Below the pieces are notes generated by a model. That model was not told the DNA's origin. It was given only the letters and a program-made list of their open reading frames with translations, and did not search any database. Both the position numbers and the translations under genes were made by a program. Below, one piece after another: positions 24,020 through 37,599 of a stretch of 64,000 nucleotides of DNA; positions within the stretch are counted from its first letter, which is position 1, and each line of letters begins with the position of its first letter. Location: positions 2,905-66,904 of the forward strand of contig VJWM01000327.1 in NCBI GenBank assembly GCA_010909165.1. The letters run 5' to 3'. The stretch is from Anthoceros angustus (Eukaryota; Plantae; Anthocerotophyta).

Positions 24020-24172
24020 TTTATTTACTGAGCAGCAGGGGTCAGAAATCTTTCCAGCAGGAACTGGACTCGGGAGCTACGTCACACTGTACAGCTATGG
24101 AAATCATCTCAGCACCAGATGAAAGAATCCACACGTCTCTGAGCTTGCTGGTGTATAGTGGCACGGAGGGTG

Positions 24173-26573
24173 TCATATCCTAATAGGTCTGGAGTCATTG
24201 TGGTGCCGGAGGGGAAGTTTTTGAATCTCTGCAACCAGCTTCCCATCTATTTCCTCCTCCATATCCATTTCTTGGTTCACACTGCGGCCCTTTCTCGGAG
24301 GAACTTTCTGCGATAAGTCCTCTAGTCCAGCCTTCTTGGAAACGCAAGGACTGCCCTCTGTGGTGGCGAAGCATTTATTCGCCGTTATCTTCGGTGATCT
24401 GTGGAGCACTCTTTGCCTGTTCTCTTTGTCTGTAGATGTTAAAGGTGAACAACGACCCTGGTCCCTCTCTGGTTTGCCCTCTTTCACAGGCTTAGTCCGC
24501 TTGACACCACCTGCCTTTCGAACGTTCTCCATCTCGGAAACATGGTCTTTGAACTCCTTGTGCACGACTTCGAGTACAATTTCACCATACCGGTCACACC
24601 AAGACCTAAAACCAGAAATGTATCACAAGTGTTGATCTTGCTTGCCTCGTTCACTCACATGAAGAATTAAAACAACTGAATTGCCAATAATTATAAGATA
24701 TGTTCGTCAATGAAGGAATGGTGAAACTTACTTGGGAAAAAACCGCATCAGCTCGGACTTGTCCACAGGGAGCCTAGTTGCAATGGCATCAATCTGCTCA
24801 TTCCTGCAACCCAATGCAGACCACAAAACTGTTAACTGCTGAGCTCTGCTAAAAGGGACACTCAGTGAACAATCCTATCCAGCACTAGTCCCCTTACGTG
24901 AAGGTTTGGCCTGGATTTGTCTGCTGCAATTCCGACCGTATCCGTGCCAGTTCAGTCTTGATGTTATCTCCGAGCACCTGCAGAGTCAAGTACGGCATGA
25001 GTGATCTGGGCATCCAGAAAGCCAGTCCGCAACAACAAAAACCAGGTAGATGTGTCAACCTCCTAGCTATGATACATGATACCTTGTCTATGAAGAAGTC
25101 CGTGGGGGCTCCCTTTTCATGAAGTTTCTGTTTGATCTTCACAGTATCTGGACCCTGCCCCTTCGGTGTCTCTCGTTGCAGCTTGTCGTTCAGTGGGGTT
25201 CGTTCGTCTTCATCATCATCCTCCGGTGCCTCAACTGGTGTGTCCTTCTCTGAGGCTCCGAGGGCTCCCAGCAGCTTCCTCGGCGGTCGGAGCAAATCCA
25301 GTCGCCACAAGCGTTTTCGAGCAGGTGGCTCCTCCTCCTCACACTTAAACTCCTCCCAGTTCTCATCCCCCCCCTCAACGGGCTTCTTGTCGGAGTCCCC
25401 TTGCAGCTTCCGCATGAAACCTGAGACAAAAGTTCCGACTCCAGGTGAACGAGTAGACTGATTCTGTGAGGCAGAAAGGAGAGGAGCTTCAAGGTCTGTC
25501 GCTAACGGAGATGCATCTTCAGCTCTGGACGAAGGAGTTACGGGTGCATCCTTGGGCTCTGCCACCTGAGAAGAGCTCTCCATTGAAGGAACCACCTGAG
25601 GAGAGTGGAAGAGGGGAGATTCTGCAGGAGCATCAGTCGGTTTCTGAAAGGTGGGGACAGGAGGATGTCGCTTGGGGCAGTCATCAGGCCGGAGGAAATC
25701 CAGGGCGTGGGGGACTCGAAGTTTCTGCTTGGAACCTCCATCCTTCAAACTCAGCCCTTTCTTCAACCGGGATGTAATGTGCTTGAGAGGAGACTTCTTC
25801 GGCGAGGGACCAGTGTTCTTCTTCGGTGAGAAGTCACCTACTTGCTCCCCTTCCTCACCAATCCTCATCTCCACCGCTGTGGTAGGCATACGCTTCTGCT
25901 TCCTACTCGGCGAGGGAATCGAAAACTCGAAGTCCTGAGAGCTGATTTCAGCATCCTGCTCAGCCAGTCTGTTCATGATGACTTTTTTAGCCTTGTGGTA
26001 GTCCCCTTCACCTATGCAACCTGCATGCAACAGATCCTGCACATCGAAAGAGTCAGTCCTCGAAACCAGCCCTCGAGAGAACACAATGCAGCCAGCAGCC
26101 GAGCCCAGGACTCTGATATCCAACCTGCAAAAAGAGAAGCTTGTCCCTTGTGAACTCCGGCCACTCTCCATCCTCGTGGAGGGCAGTGACGGAGTCAAGA
26201 AGCTCTCGTCGGAAGGAATCCAGCTGCCCCTCCGTTGCAAGCCCTTCCTTCAGCCGTCCAACCAAATACAGGATACCGTGGAACCTCTCTTGCTGCCACT
26301 TGAGGTTCTGCGACTGCTGCCAGGCGCGTTTGTCCGGCGCTGGAAGAAGCCTCCGGTTTCGCATGGAAATGAGTTTTTTCAACAGAGGGGACATACTTTT
26401 GTACATGAGGGACATGCTTTCCTGCAAAACACACGAAGTCACAGCGAAGTGTGAGCGGACGACTCACAAGCGCACACAACAAAGCAAAGCAAAGCAAAGA
26501 AAAATACACAGAGCAAAGGCAAGGCAGTCACCTGAACGCCCTTGTAAGAAGGTGAAGGTGAAAGCGCTGCCAT
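24173..26573 (-). CDS. Conserved plant uncharacterised protein (~625 aa), 6 exons; N-terminal SHOCT-like helices and C-terminal HRDC-like domain
   Basis: GT-AG exons 26573-26532, 26421-26125, 26036-25083, 24977-24898, 24803-24732 and 24605-24173 join into one open frame (1878 nt): MAALSPSPSYKGVQ|ESMSLMY...RDKLLFLQ|DLLHAGCI...PTDFFIDK|VLGDNIK...|NEQIDAIATRLPVDK...FFPK|SWCDRYGEIVLEVV. Confidence 0.88.
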
Positions 26574-27599
26574 TCCTACGAGCGACGCCGCAGCAGCAAC
26601 CCGGAGAGCAGACGTTTCGGGGACCGGCCAATGTTCGAGGGCCTTTAGGCCCGTCTTGCGCATCGGCAGGCGGGGTGGCTGCGATTTGAAAAATGGCCGT
26701 TGGCGGCGGCCACATCGTCCCCCTCTCGTCAGGCACAGAAACATTTTCTTCAATATCTTGGCTCATACATATTTACGAGTGCATAGGTATGTAATTCACT
26801 AGGAATCGAGAAGTACGCTTTAGCGAGACGTTCATCCCTCATCGCTTGAATGGGAAGACCAGCAGGCCTTGCTCTACGCTGCTTGCGGGCAGACCTCGAT
26901 TTTGGTTAAAAAATGCCTCCTGAAAAGACTAATACATTCCTCAACGGAGTTAGAACGTTAGAACCCTCGTCGGGCAGAATGTCCTCTTGAGGCTGGGTTC
27001 GCATGAACCCGAACCCGACATAAAATACATGACGTGGCGAGAAGGACAAGATCAAGCCACACTAAATACAGTAAAGTAATATAGTAAAGTAACTGGTTCC
27101 GAGTCGGGATGTTTCCCGGGTCCATTTTAGATACACGAAATCCTTGAATTGAGACAAAACGGGTTACGAGCGGCAAAAATCCGTGCGCAGCATCTGTAAG
27201 AAATATCGGGTCGGGTCTTCGTGGAACCTACATTGAACTCAAGAACCCCATTACTTCTAGTTTTCTAGGGTACAAGTGTGGCGTTTGGTCGTGATGCTTG
27301 GCATGAAGGTGCAGATTTTGTTGTGTTGTGCAACCTAGATCTCATACCGAGCGAATCATGTGGCCTCTATCTTTGCAGGCAGTACCAGGAGAATCGCAAC
27401 ACTCTCCTCCGGTTGTCCATAGAGGAAATCATGACCTTGGTGCGCAATGGATGCACAACGCAAGTGTGAATAATCACAAACGTCCTTGCCACTCATTTTC
27501 AATGGCCGGATGCACAACCTACATGGCAAGTGGACTCCCCTTGGCCGGTGTCCCAAGTTCCTTGCAGTATCACTGCGCAAGCGACTACGTGCATGCGAG

Positions 27600-28430
27600 A
27601 AAAGCGTGGCAAAAGGAAGAAAAGCAAGAAAGTTCGGCGAGGCCGGCCCTACTAAGGCGGTGGCAAACAAGAGATGGGAGGAAGGCGACCTTCTTACGTT
27701 GATTGCAAGAAAAGAAGACATGGTCAAACATAGAGAAGGAGGTACCAAGGAGGCGAATGATGAGGTGAAGCTTGTTGGGCTGCAATATCGATTGCATGTG
27801 CGACTTTAGGGATCTTCAAGACTAACAAAGCGATTAAGGGCCTGGAAGCTTTGATGACACTTCAACAAGGTGCAAGATTGGGAGAGGCTTGGCAGTCATT
27901 CGGGAAGGTCAAGCTATTGGGCTATGAGGAAGGGAGGCGAGAGGCACGAAACTCCCAAAGCTATGAGTAGAACAACATGCGATGCTATACGACCTGCTGC
28001 AACAAAGCAATGAATAGCCACGGAACTGTGGATAGCAGCAACAAAACAAGGCAAGCAGATACTAACAGTACCACTAGCATGGCGGCGGAGAGGAAGGCAC
28101 CCCATGCAAGCAAAGCGATGAATGGAGTGCAAGCGGAGGAAACTAAAAGCACAGAATGGAGTAAGCGGCCTTGTACCTTTATTTGAGAAGAACCATGCAT
28201 AACAGATGGATTTACTAAGAGCTAAAGAGGAGTCCAAACAGGCTAGGCATCAACAAATCTTAGAACTAGAGCGAGAGAAGATAGCATGTTGCTACAGAAC
28301 ACAAAAAGATAGACTGCAGTTTTGAGATTGGCAGGGGCATGTTGTTAGCAATGACTGAGCTTTCAAGCAGTATTCGGAATTTAGGAGCTTCTCTAATAGA
28401 AGCTGCCCAAATTAAAAATGGCAATACAAA
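27600..28430 (+). pseudogene. PIF/Harbinger-like Myb/SANT (trihelix) ORF remnant
   Basis: KRWEEGDLLTLIARKE helix, degenerate CK.W motif, low-complexity linker and C-terminal coiled coil (QMDLLRAKEESKQARHQQILELEREK). Confidence 0.45.
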
Positions 28431-28499
28431 ATAAGTGGATGTGTGGCTTCGCTCTTCTTCCTTCATGATTTGGAAGCTTTATTAAGTGCTCTTGTCCAT

Positions 28500-29200
28500 A
28501 CACATTCTGGCTATAGTCTTCTTTGTATGTTTGTAATGTAGTCTTATTCTTCTTCGTCAATACGTAATACATGCATTAAAGCAGCTCGTAATCTATGTCC
28601 TTCTGGGTTGCCTGGGTCTATTGGATTATGTACGGTTCTTGAACAACATAATATTCATACCGGCGGAATAATGTAAGCCGATTATGAAAAAATTGCCGCC
28701 GCTTGGTACTTTTCATACAGTTACTAATTCACGACAAACACGGCTCTTCGAAAGCACATGCGCCCGTGCTAAGCAATCATTCAGATTGCGAATTCAATTT
28801 TGTGTCCAAAGGTGTTTGAAATGAAGGTGCCAAGGTGCAGGGATGCTTCCTCCCAGGCGGCAATGCTCAGTTATAAGTAGAGTACGTCCGTTCAAGTATA
28901 TTGAAAAACGGCCTCAGGGCCAGACATATAACAACTTCCTACTAGAAGATCCGGCATGTCATCAACTCCAAAGACTGCCCATACGACATACGATTGCGTG
29001 AACACGAATATGTTTTAGCCACCTAAGGAAGTGCAGGGTCTGAAGATTCAACTACACACAAACCGGCTTCACTATCGGGAACTAGGGTGACATTTCTAAG
29101 ACGTTCTTCATATGTCTCTCCGAAAGAGTCAACAGCCATCATCGCCTGGGCGTCGTCGTCTTCCTTCCCGTCAACCGGTGAGTGCCGCCGACCTCTGTAT
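28500..29200 (-). pseudogene. Possible Harbinger transposase remnant convergent on the Myb ORF
   Basis: Only a C-terminal GHRLRAALMHVLR-type ending and the convergent arrangement support it; the DDE motifs are not recognisable. Confidence 0.25.
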
Positions 29201-30299
29201 GTTGCCCCTCATCTGAGGTCTCCTCTTTCTTTCATTCGCTTCGACCCTAGAGGCACAATTTGAGCCTTGCCAATATCCTTCTCGCTCACGCAAACCTCCT
29301 TGGCCCAGAATTGTGATGGACCGCTACGATGCGGCTCGTGGGTCAGCTCCTCCTCCGCATCCGGCAGCACTTCATATCCATGTACACGCTGTGGAATGAA
29401 TTCTGCACACCTTTTGTCCGCCTCGATAGAAATACAAAACAGAGTCCGCGCAATATCGGCGGATTCTTGAAAGCCTCTTTTGCGCTTTGGGCGGAGGTTG
29501 CCAACCCTTTCTCATATCATGCAAAACACGTGTTTTTAAAAGAGATGTGCTTAATGGCAGGTTCCACTTAGAACAATGTAAGTAAAATAGAGGTTTTTTT
29601 CCATGTATGCACACTTTTGTTTGAGTGCGCCGGTCGTCCGGCGCACCCTTCCGAGACATACTCTGGGGGAAAGGGCAGAGTGCCAGCACTATGGGTCCAA
29701 AACACGTAAAGTCGCGGCCTCGTCTGGGGCCTCGATGCGCCCAGTTGATTTTTTTTCGGGGTAGTGCAGGTGAATTTTTAGAGAGAGAATTGACCTTTTG
29801 GTCATTGTTTTACCCAGACAGTAAAATTCATTACAATATAGTAGAAAATCATCTACCATCAAGGTACAAAACAACTGAACCATCCAAGTGGGGTAAAAAT
29901 CATCTACCATCAAGGTAGAAAATAGAGCACTAGAGTAGAAAACATGACGACCAAGTGAATACCAGCTGGGTCTAGTAGAAGCTCATTCTAGAAATCCCAC
30001 CAAAATCGCTAATCTGACAAAAACATTTTCTGTTAAATAATATTCATGCGGATCCGGGATATACAAAACCAACAAAGAAACCTTTTCTTTGCGAGTTTCT
30101 GATATCCGTAATGAAATACAAATTCAACTAATGAAGAGTAAATACCAATAGATTGAACTCGCTAGATTGAACTCTACTTCAACAACAATGGAACCTACAA
30201 ACAAAACGAAAACAAGACACAAACCGTGATTAGGTGATACTAGAAAACACCGGAATAATCATAGCAAATACTTAGAAATGATACTCACCTTATTTAGGA

Positions 30300-33200
30300 A
30301 ATTGATCGATAATTATACAGATTGAAAACGTAATTTTCACGACCACTTGGCTTGATTGGCTTGTACAAAGATCATTCTTGGCAACCAATTGATGAAGCGA
30401 GGACTTGGACGAAATTGTCCGCTTCGCAAGGTGACAACCTAATAAAATACAACCATTGATTTTCAATGTAATTAATAAAGAGCATAAGAAAACTTACCAA
30501 TCGACGGATTTTCGCAGAGCATGCAAATATCTCGAGGCACATTCTTACGCCTGTTCTTTCCACCGCAATCTTGAACCTCTTGCTTTATCCGCCGCTTGCC
30601 TCTTGATGCTTAATGTGCTCTTGTCTCCTCTCCACATTTCTCCTCCGAATCTCAAGGGCTTTCTCTTGCTTAGAGACTCGTAATTCAACTTTACGCCTCT
30701 CTCTATAAGAGCCTCCAAATCCTTTTGCCACAAACTCCAATTTCGCCTATCATACTCCAATTCCCACTCGAATCTCGAAGCACGCTCAAAGCCACTTCCA
30801 TTTCCATTTGCTCCACAATACAATATCCAGAGGTGCTACCATGCCACATTCCGGTTAACTTCGATGACGATCACATCACTATGCACAATGCCCTCCAACA
30901 GGGACCACCGCATCCACTTTTGTATCAATGTTGAAATGAGGGACAAAAGGTCACTACACTAGTCGCAGGATTCACAACCGCCAAGATAAACATAATCGGA
31001 AACTCCAAAAGAAGTGAAAACAAACAAAACAGACAAAGAATCAACCTTGTCAACATATGGAATTTCACTAGAACACCCAGTTGGTCTGTTATCCATCCGG
31101 ATGCCTTGGCCACGCTTTCGTGGAGGTATGTTTGCAACCAAAACACCACGCCTCCCACAACAAGAGACCAGATGATTAAAACAGATCCAACATGGCTGCG
31201 CAACCAAGGAACCCGAATACCAACCGAACTTGTGAAAACAATGGACCACATGGTGCGAAAACTCGTCGTCGACATTGTTCAAAGGTCCGCTTTCATGATG
31301 AACAACAGAGTGGCTACAGAGACCTAACACACAAAACAAGTCAGACAGATTTTGATCAAGTCCCTACAAACTTGCAACAAATCTCAAACACTTACATTGT
31401 TAACTGTTGCACTGCTCGATCTTCAGCCGACTAGAAAATACAATTTCGTGAGTCACATTGAGGACGATTTGGAAGAACACCCTTAAATCATCCCCGCATC
31501 CGATTAAGTTCGTTCAAAAGCTCGATAGGATCGCCGCTCACCGTGAACAAGGACTCTTCTACTGCTTTGCTTGACCCACCATATCTCGCAAACCATATCG
31601 AACGCGTGAAGGAACATACAAAGGACTCAAATGTCACAAGCTTTCAAAACATATTACCTTGAGAATCCAGATCCGCTTTATGGCCACACTTCTCCCAAAG
31701 ATCAAGGCACCGAGCCATCGTCAACGTGTAATCATTGTTACACGGCAGCTCTTATTGGTGTAATAGCCAACGAGCCCATGCTTCACCATGGTCTTCATGA
31801 ACCTTGACAACATTCCTTTTGAAACACGGAGTTTTGCATACCAAGCCTAGCCAAAAACAAAACAGCTTAGTAAATAAACCACAAAACTTAAGCCCAAATA
31901 AAACTTACATTTGATCTTGGGTTATCAATTGTTGAATTGAACAGAACCCCGAATTGAATTTTTGTCTTGCCACTTGGGAGAGTGTTCAATAACTTTAAAA
32001 GTTTCGATAACATCCTCGTCAGAATCTTGACCTTTTGACTAAATGCTCACTCGTAATTCTTCATGTCCACTTTGTAATTTTTGAAAGCCGCTTCTTCATA
32101 CCGCAAATAAAAGCGAGCTTAATACATCAAAACCAAAGATACAATGAACAAAACAACCAAAACATACGAACAAAAGGTCCTCAATCTGAACGAGAAGTCC
32201 TCGATGAGTGTTATGTAACTCTTCACCACCTCGAACTCCAAACCTGGTCATGCAAAAATATGCACACCTGCAAACAATAGAGGCATAAGGCCTCCAGGTT
32301 TAAAACCATAAATGAACAATCAAGGTGCACCCCTAAACCAACAATATTACCTTTTTTGAGCCCCCCGCCCAAATGAGCATTGATGATCTCTGTGTGAAAG
32401 AATCCGTTGCTCATCATCATCAGAAATCAACTTCACCTCTTTTCGACATGACACAATCCCAAGGTCCTTGCTGATTTTCATGGACGCAACCAGCGCTGCC
32501 TGGGACCCATGGAAAATTCCATGAAACATGTTGATCATGAACATCGAACCAAGCCGGCTTTGGTTCAAGATGCACTTCCTTGTTAAAATTCGGTTAAAAC
32601 CACGAAAAGAAAGACATCAACCGCATAAGCAAGAAGATCAAAATCACCATGTGAAAGGAAAAACTATCAAAATCAACAAGTAAGAAAACATCACTACTTA
32701 CGCTTCGGAGAAAATCTCCGTTGTCCTTCGATTCGAACTTGATGGAAAAAGGATATCGAATAAGATTTAGATCCTTGTGAGGATATCCTCAACAGAGTAT
32801 CCCATCCCCGACCCACTCACTTTCATAAAGGCCCGACGACTTGACACCGCTTATTCCGCTTTGGACCTATCCTCCCCACCACTCAAAGCATCATTCACCT
32901 CCTCGGGACTAGGGTCAAATCGCCTCCGAAAATTGCTTCATCATCAATTTCCTCCATACCCATGGCAAAGTCATCTTGGGATCATCACACTTTAGCCTCT
33001 CAAACATATCAAGCACTTGATCGTGATGACCTGTGGTCGTGAACCACAACAGTATGGAAAACCGCCCACCAAAGCATTCTGCTCAACGGCAGCACACAAA
33101 TCTCTAGACTCAGACAGTTTTGGCAAAGACTCACAACCATGGGATCGCTTATCAAGAAATCATTCTCCCCACAAACCGGACCTCTCTATTAATCGACATA

Positions 33201-33510
33201 GTTAGTAATCTCGCAAGAGGACCTTCAACCAAAGCCACAGTCGAGTGTCCACCCTTCCTCTTCTCGAACAAAACTCCGCACGTCGAGCATCCTTCTTGGA
33301 TGAAAGTGCCTTGGCGGTTTGGAAGTCTTTGGGAACTAAATAAGTTCCTTCACTGCACCAAGACACCATCAACTTTACCATCATCCTCAGGGATGAGTTG
33401 CGTGCGAATCATGGATTTGACACGCCTTGTGTATATGGCTTAGCCATGACTTCGCCCAAGATCCTTGTTTTTCCCGCCAAGCCCAGGGGTTTTCTTTTAG
33501 GAGCCATCCG
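30300..33510 (-). pseudogene. Intron-containing KDZ (Kyakuja-Dileera-Zisupton)-like transposase remnant
   Basis: Read across frameshifts: GLVCK...VVKVHEDHGEAW (31850-31775), an LHAF/FHA..H..C-like segment with CEIWW (~31610-31580), and GDPIELLNELNRM (31535-31495), in KDZ core order. Upstream are CxxC pairs and an MAPKRK start. Confidence 0.5.
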
Positions 33511-34249
33511 CAAAGCCAAAAAGAATTAGAGTGGACAAGGAACACAACCATCCTAAAGGAGAACTTCACAAACAAAAGACAAAATAAAAACACTTACATG
33601 GTGTTCGAACTTCCAAAACGAACTCTCAAGGGTCTAATGATGATTATAAAACAATCCAAGACAAAGAGAGGGGTGTGGGGACATGGCAGAACATTCATTG
33701 AATCTACACATTGTTAAATTTAGTGATCCTTTCCACTTTATGTTAGTGAGAGAAGAGCACTCCTTTCCCAAAAACACATACTGTAATTAGACCTATTTGC
33801 CAAATAATAAGAAAAAAAAAAGTAGCCCCAGCATAAAACAAAAGACTACGTATAACGCATAACATTCAATCGTGACTAATCAAGCAAGAAGAGGTTATCC
33901 CGACGCATGACTGTAATAACGCTTGGCCAACCTTCACACGATGAATGAAGCCTACACACAAAATTTCAGAATTAAATAACTTATAAGTGGTACCAAAGCA
34001 AACTCTTACCACGAAGACAAACAATGAAAAATGACAAAGACCATCGGTCAATACATACAAGAATCATACCATATCAAGGATAATATAAAACAAAACTTCA
34101 ACCTCGCACAAAGCTTGTCCAAGAAAGCTTGTCCGCACCAAGCGAAACCAATAAGAAAGAAGAAGCACGCTTTGCGACAAAACAAACAAACGAGGTAATT
34201 ATAATGCACAAAAGAAAAAAGTAAACCACAGGTAACACGTCAGTTTGAC

Positions 34250-37140
34250 ACTAACCAACACTCTTACATTAAAAATCTTATGCAATTACTCTGCTCATAA
34301 GAATACAAAACAATTAAAAATGCTGCTCAACATAAAGAACAATGCAAGATAAAACAAGATAATAGCATTTTTCAACAAGAATATGCAAAGCGAGTAACAA
34401 ATGACACAAAAGACGCTTCGACGTACCAAACAAGGTCCCAAATGTCCGCCACTACATCTCAAACCTTGACCAAAAAAGCGGAGAGAGTAAGATCACACGA
34501 GCAAGGCAACCCTCCGAGAAAGAACAAAGGCAAGCTTTGCAGATCGACAAAACAAACAAACGATATAACATGAGACACATGAGACAAATGTAATACAATG
34601 TAATCATACTTGAAAGGTCAAGTAACCAACCTCTTACGTCCAACAACCTCTTGCACATTACTGCTTCAAAAAGGAATAGAAGACAATAAGAACAAAATAT
34701 CTTTCAACATTATGAAAACAATGCAAAGCTATCAAGAGAAGATAACATATTTCCAATAAACATATGTAAACGCAGATTTTGACAAAAGACATTTGATGAC
34801 TTACCAAAGTGGTCCCGATCTATGACCGCCACTTCAAACGAAAACTTGATCGCATCAAAACACAGGAGAGGGTTACAACACACGAGCAAAGCGAAGTCCG
34901 AGAACAAAAGACTTGCAGTTGCATAGCCGCTTTAACGACACATTTTAAACCAGAACAAAACTACACGAAGACACGAGAATCAAAACCTAAATAACAAAAT
35001 CGATCGTAACGCGATAGAGACAAGAAGACGCAAGACAAAGAAATGATACCAAGCCATGGAACCACAACGACAACAAGGATAAAGGGACACTTCCAACAAA
35101 CAAACAACAAGCAACGAGATTTTGAAGAGAAAGAACACAAGTATCACACATGCAACAGATGAACAAAAGTAAGCCTAGCTACAACCATGTAGCTCAAAAA
35201 GCTCCAAGTCAAGACAACACGGCTGGTCGCTTACATGAAAAAAGGAAGTAACACCATCGACTGAATAAGAACAAGATCAAGAATTAAATGAACTACAAAG
35301 AACGAGAATCAAATAGAAAACAAAAGAGCACTAGGGACATACAAATATAACATCTTAGTGTGTCTTTCCTAAGAAAGATAAACAATCACGCAGTGCAAAG
35401 AACAACATCAACAATGGACAAATACACAAAACATCCTACGATATATAGAAACTTGAATACACTACCACCATAGGTAGACAAAACACCAAACCCGAACAGA
35501 CTAGAAAACAAAAGAATGAAATGCACTAAAGCGCCAAATACACTACTCCGAGCAACGAAGCAACAACAAACCAAAACAACAAGACACAAAACAACAGACG
35601 CCAAGGAATGAAAACAACGTGAATGCGATGGACAGCGACTTCAAATGGGAGCAAAAGGCCTTAACCTTAAGCGATCAGAAACCTTGGCCTTGTCAAACAA
35701 CCTTGGCCTCGGACTAAGCAAGCACATGGACCTTAGAGGCAAAGACACCTTCGAACATGGGAACCCCTTGGCCTTCAAAAGAACCTTCAAAAGAGCAGAA
35801 ACCTTGGCCTTCAAACAAACTTTACAGAGACCTTGGCGAACCATCGAGAAAGGCCTTAACCATTGGAAAGGGCCCGAAAGAAACCTTGGCCCAAAACTTG
35901 ACCTTAGCCTAGCGAACCTAGAACACCTTGGCCTTCAATGAGCTACAACCAGCCTTCTGAGGTAACCAAAGACGCTGGCTAAACTAGAACTAGACCCTTC
36001 CCCAAACAGAGAAGGAAGACCTTGGCCTAAAAACTAAACACGAGCAAAACACCTAAGCCTTGGCCAGAGACTAGACCACCTGACTTGAAAAGATGTAATG
36101 ACAAAAGAACTCGCTCGAGGGAAGCCATTTATATAGGCCAGCAAAACCCTAAATATTCTCACCGGCCGCTCTTTCTCTTCTACCAAGCGGTTTGAATTTA
36201 CCGAACCTAACATTCCGAGCCCAATTCCAAACCAACGTAGGTTTGCCATTCACGCTACTGCTCAACCAAACCTAGATTCAATTTTCCAAACCTAGCCTAA
36301 CGCACCAAACCTAATCTCCGAACCCCGATGCAGAGGCAACTGTTACCGCCAACCACATCGCCACGCACCATCGAACCATCTAGAACCTAACTTTCGTATT
36401 AAACAAGATGCACATAGGGTTATCACTCACACACGCCGCCAGTCGCCGCGGGTCACGTCGGCGGTCCGCAGACATCGCTGGCCACCAGTGACCTTGCTCG
36501 CCACGGTGTCCTGAGAAGGTCCGCGCAATCGGCTCTTCCTTTCATCTAGGTAACGCCCACTACATGCGCCGATGCACTTCTTCTTCGCCGCTTAGTTCCG
36601 GATCTAGGTGGGTATGCAATTGCGCTCGATTCTCGAAACCATCCGATCACGCCCTTGCAGCCCACACCGGTCCCATCTCCCCGCCACCGCCAACACGACA
36701 TCAAGAAGTCTCGATCAAGGCCCTCCGTGGTACGAGGTCAAGCACACACGCTCTTCTTTGTTTTTCGCTGCAATTGCCAACGCCACGCCGCTGGCTTGCC
36801 CGCCTCCCGGTAGCCGTAATCGCCATCGTGAGTTCCGCTTCCGCCTTGCCTGATTTAATTGTCAAGTCTCAGACATAGCGCACAAAACCTCGAAGGCCCC
36901 TCCGTAGGCGTTGTCAAGCACACTTACGCCGTGTCTTCTCTTTTGTTTTTCGTTGCAGCCCACTGCCAACGCCCACCGTCGCTGGCTTTGCTTCCGCCCG
37001 CCCGATAGCCGTAATCGCTCGTGAGTTTGCTGCTTAACGCTTTTGCTTATGATTTATTGCGTCGAGACATATCGCACAAAACCACTCGGCTGTGGTAATC
37101 GTGTGTCTACTCGCACCGTATCTTTGTTTGTTTTTTCGTC
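34250..37140. repeat. A/C-rich non-coding interior with local tandem duplications (~370-bp pair at 34250-34830, CCTTGGCC cluster at 35650-36070, ~175-bp pair at 36715-37140)
   Basis: Direct visual match of the degenerate units. Confidence 0.6.
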
Positions 37141-37599
37141 ATATGAGTGCTCGCATCCCGCACGCACAGTAAGTCATCTTTTGCTTTTGAAGCTTGTATC
37201 CGATGCGTTATGCATGCCCGCTTGTCGCGGCATGGTAGTTGCTGGAGTATGCATGCGCTTTCGCACAAAGAAAGAGTCACCCACGTGCTGCAACGCCGAT
37301 CAAGATGCTTGATGAAACGCTCACCTGCTCTACTTTTGCCTTTTCACTAGCCGCGTATGTTCCGCGTTTCCTGTTGTCACCACAACATGCGTAGTCAACG
37401 CAGTAGATGCAAACAGCATGCCGCAATACGCGCACGTGAGTGTTGCCGCACGCATGTGTTACATGTTATGCACTTTGTAAACTCACGCCTCCTCCTCCGT
37501 ATTTGAGTGCAGCGGTCACCGCAAGAACGCACGTGTCGGGCAGAATTCATGCCAGCGTTCCGAGGGGCATGCCGTAAACTATTGCATGTTTGACGCAAA

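Noticed and set aside
24894-26240. 448-aa ORF as a stand-alone gene
   Set aside because: It is exons 3-4 of the 6-exon gene read through introns.
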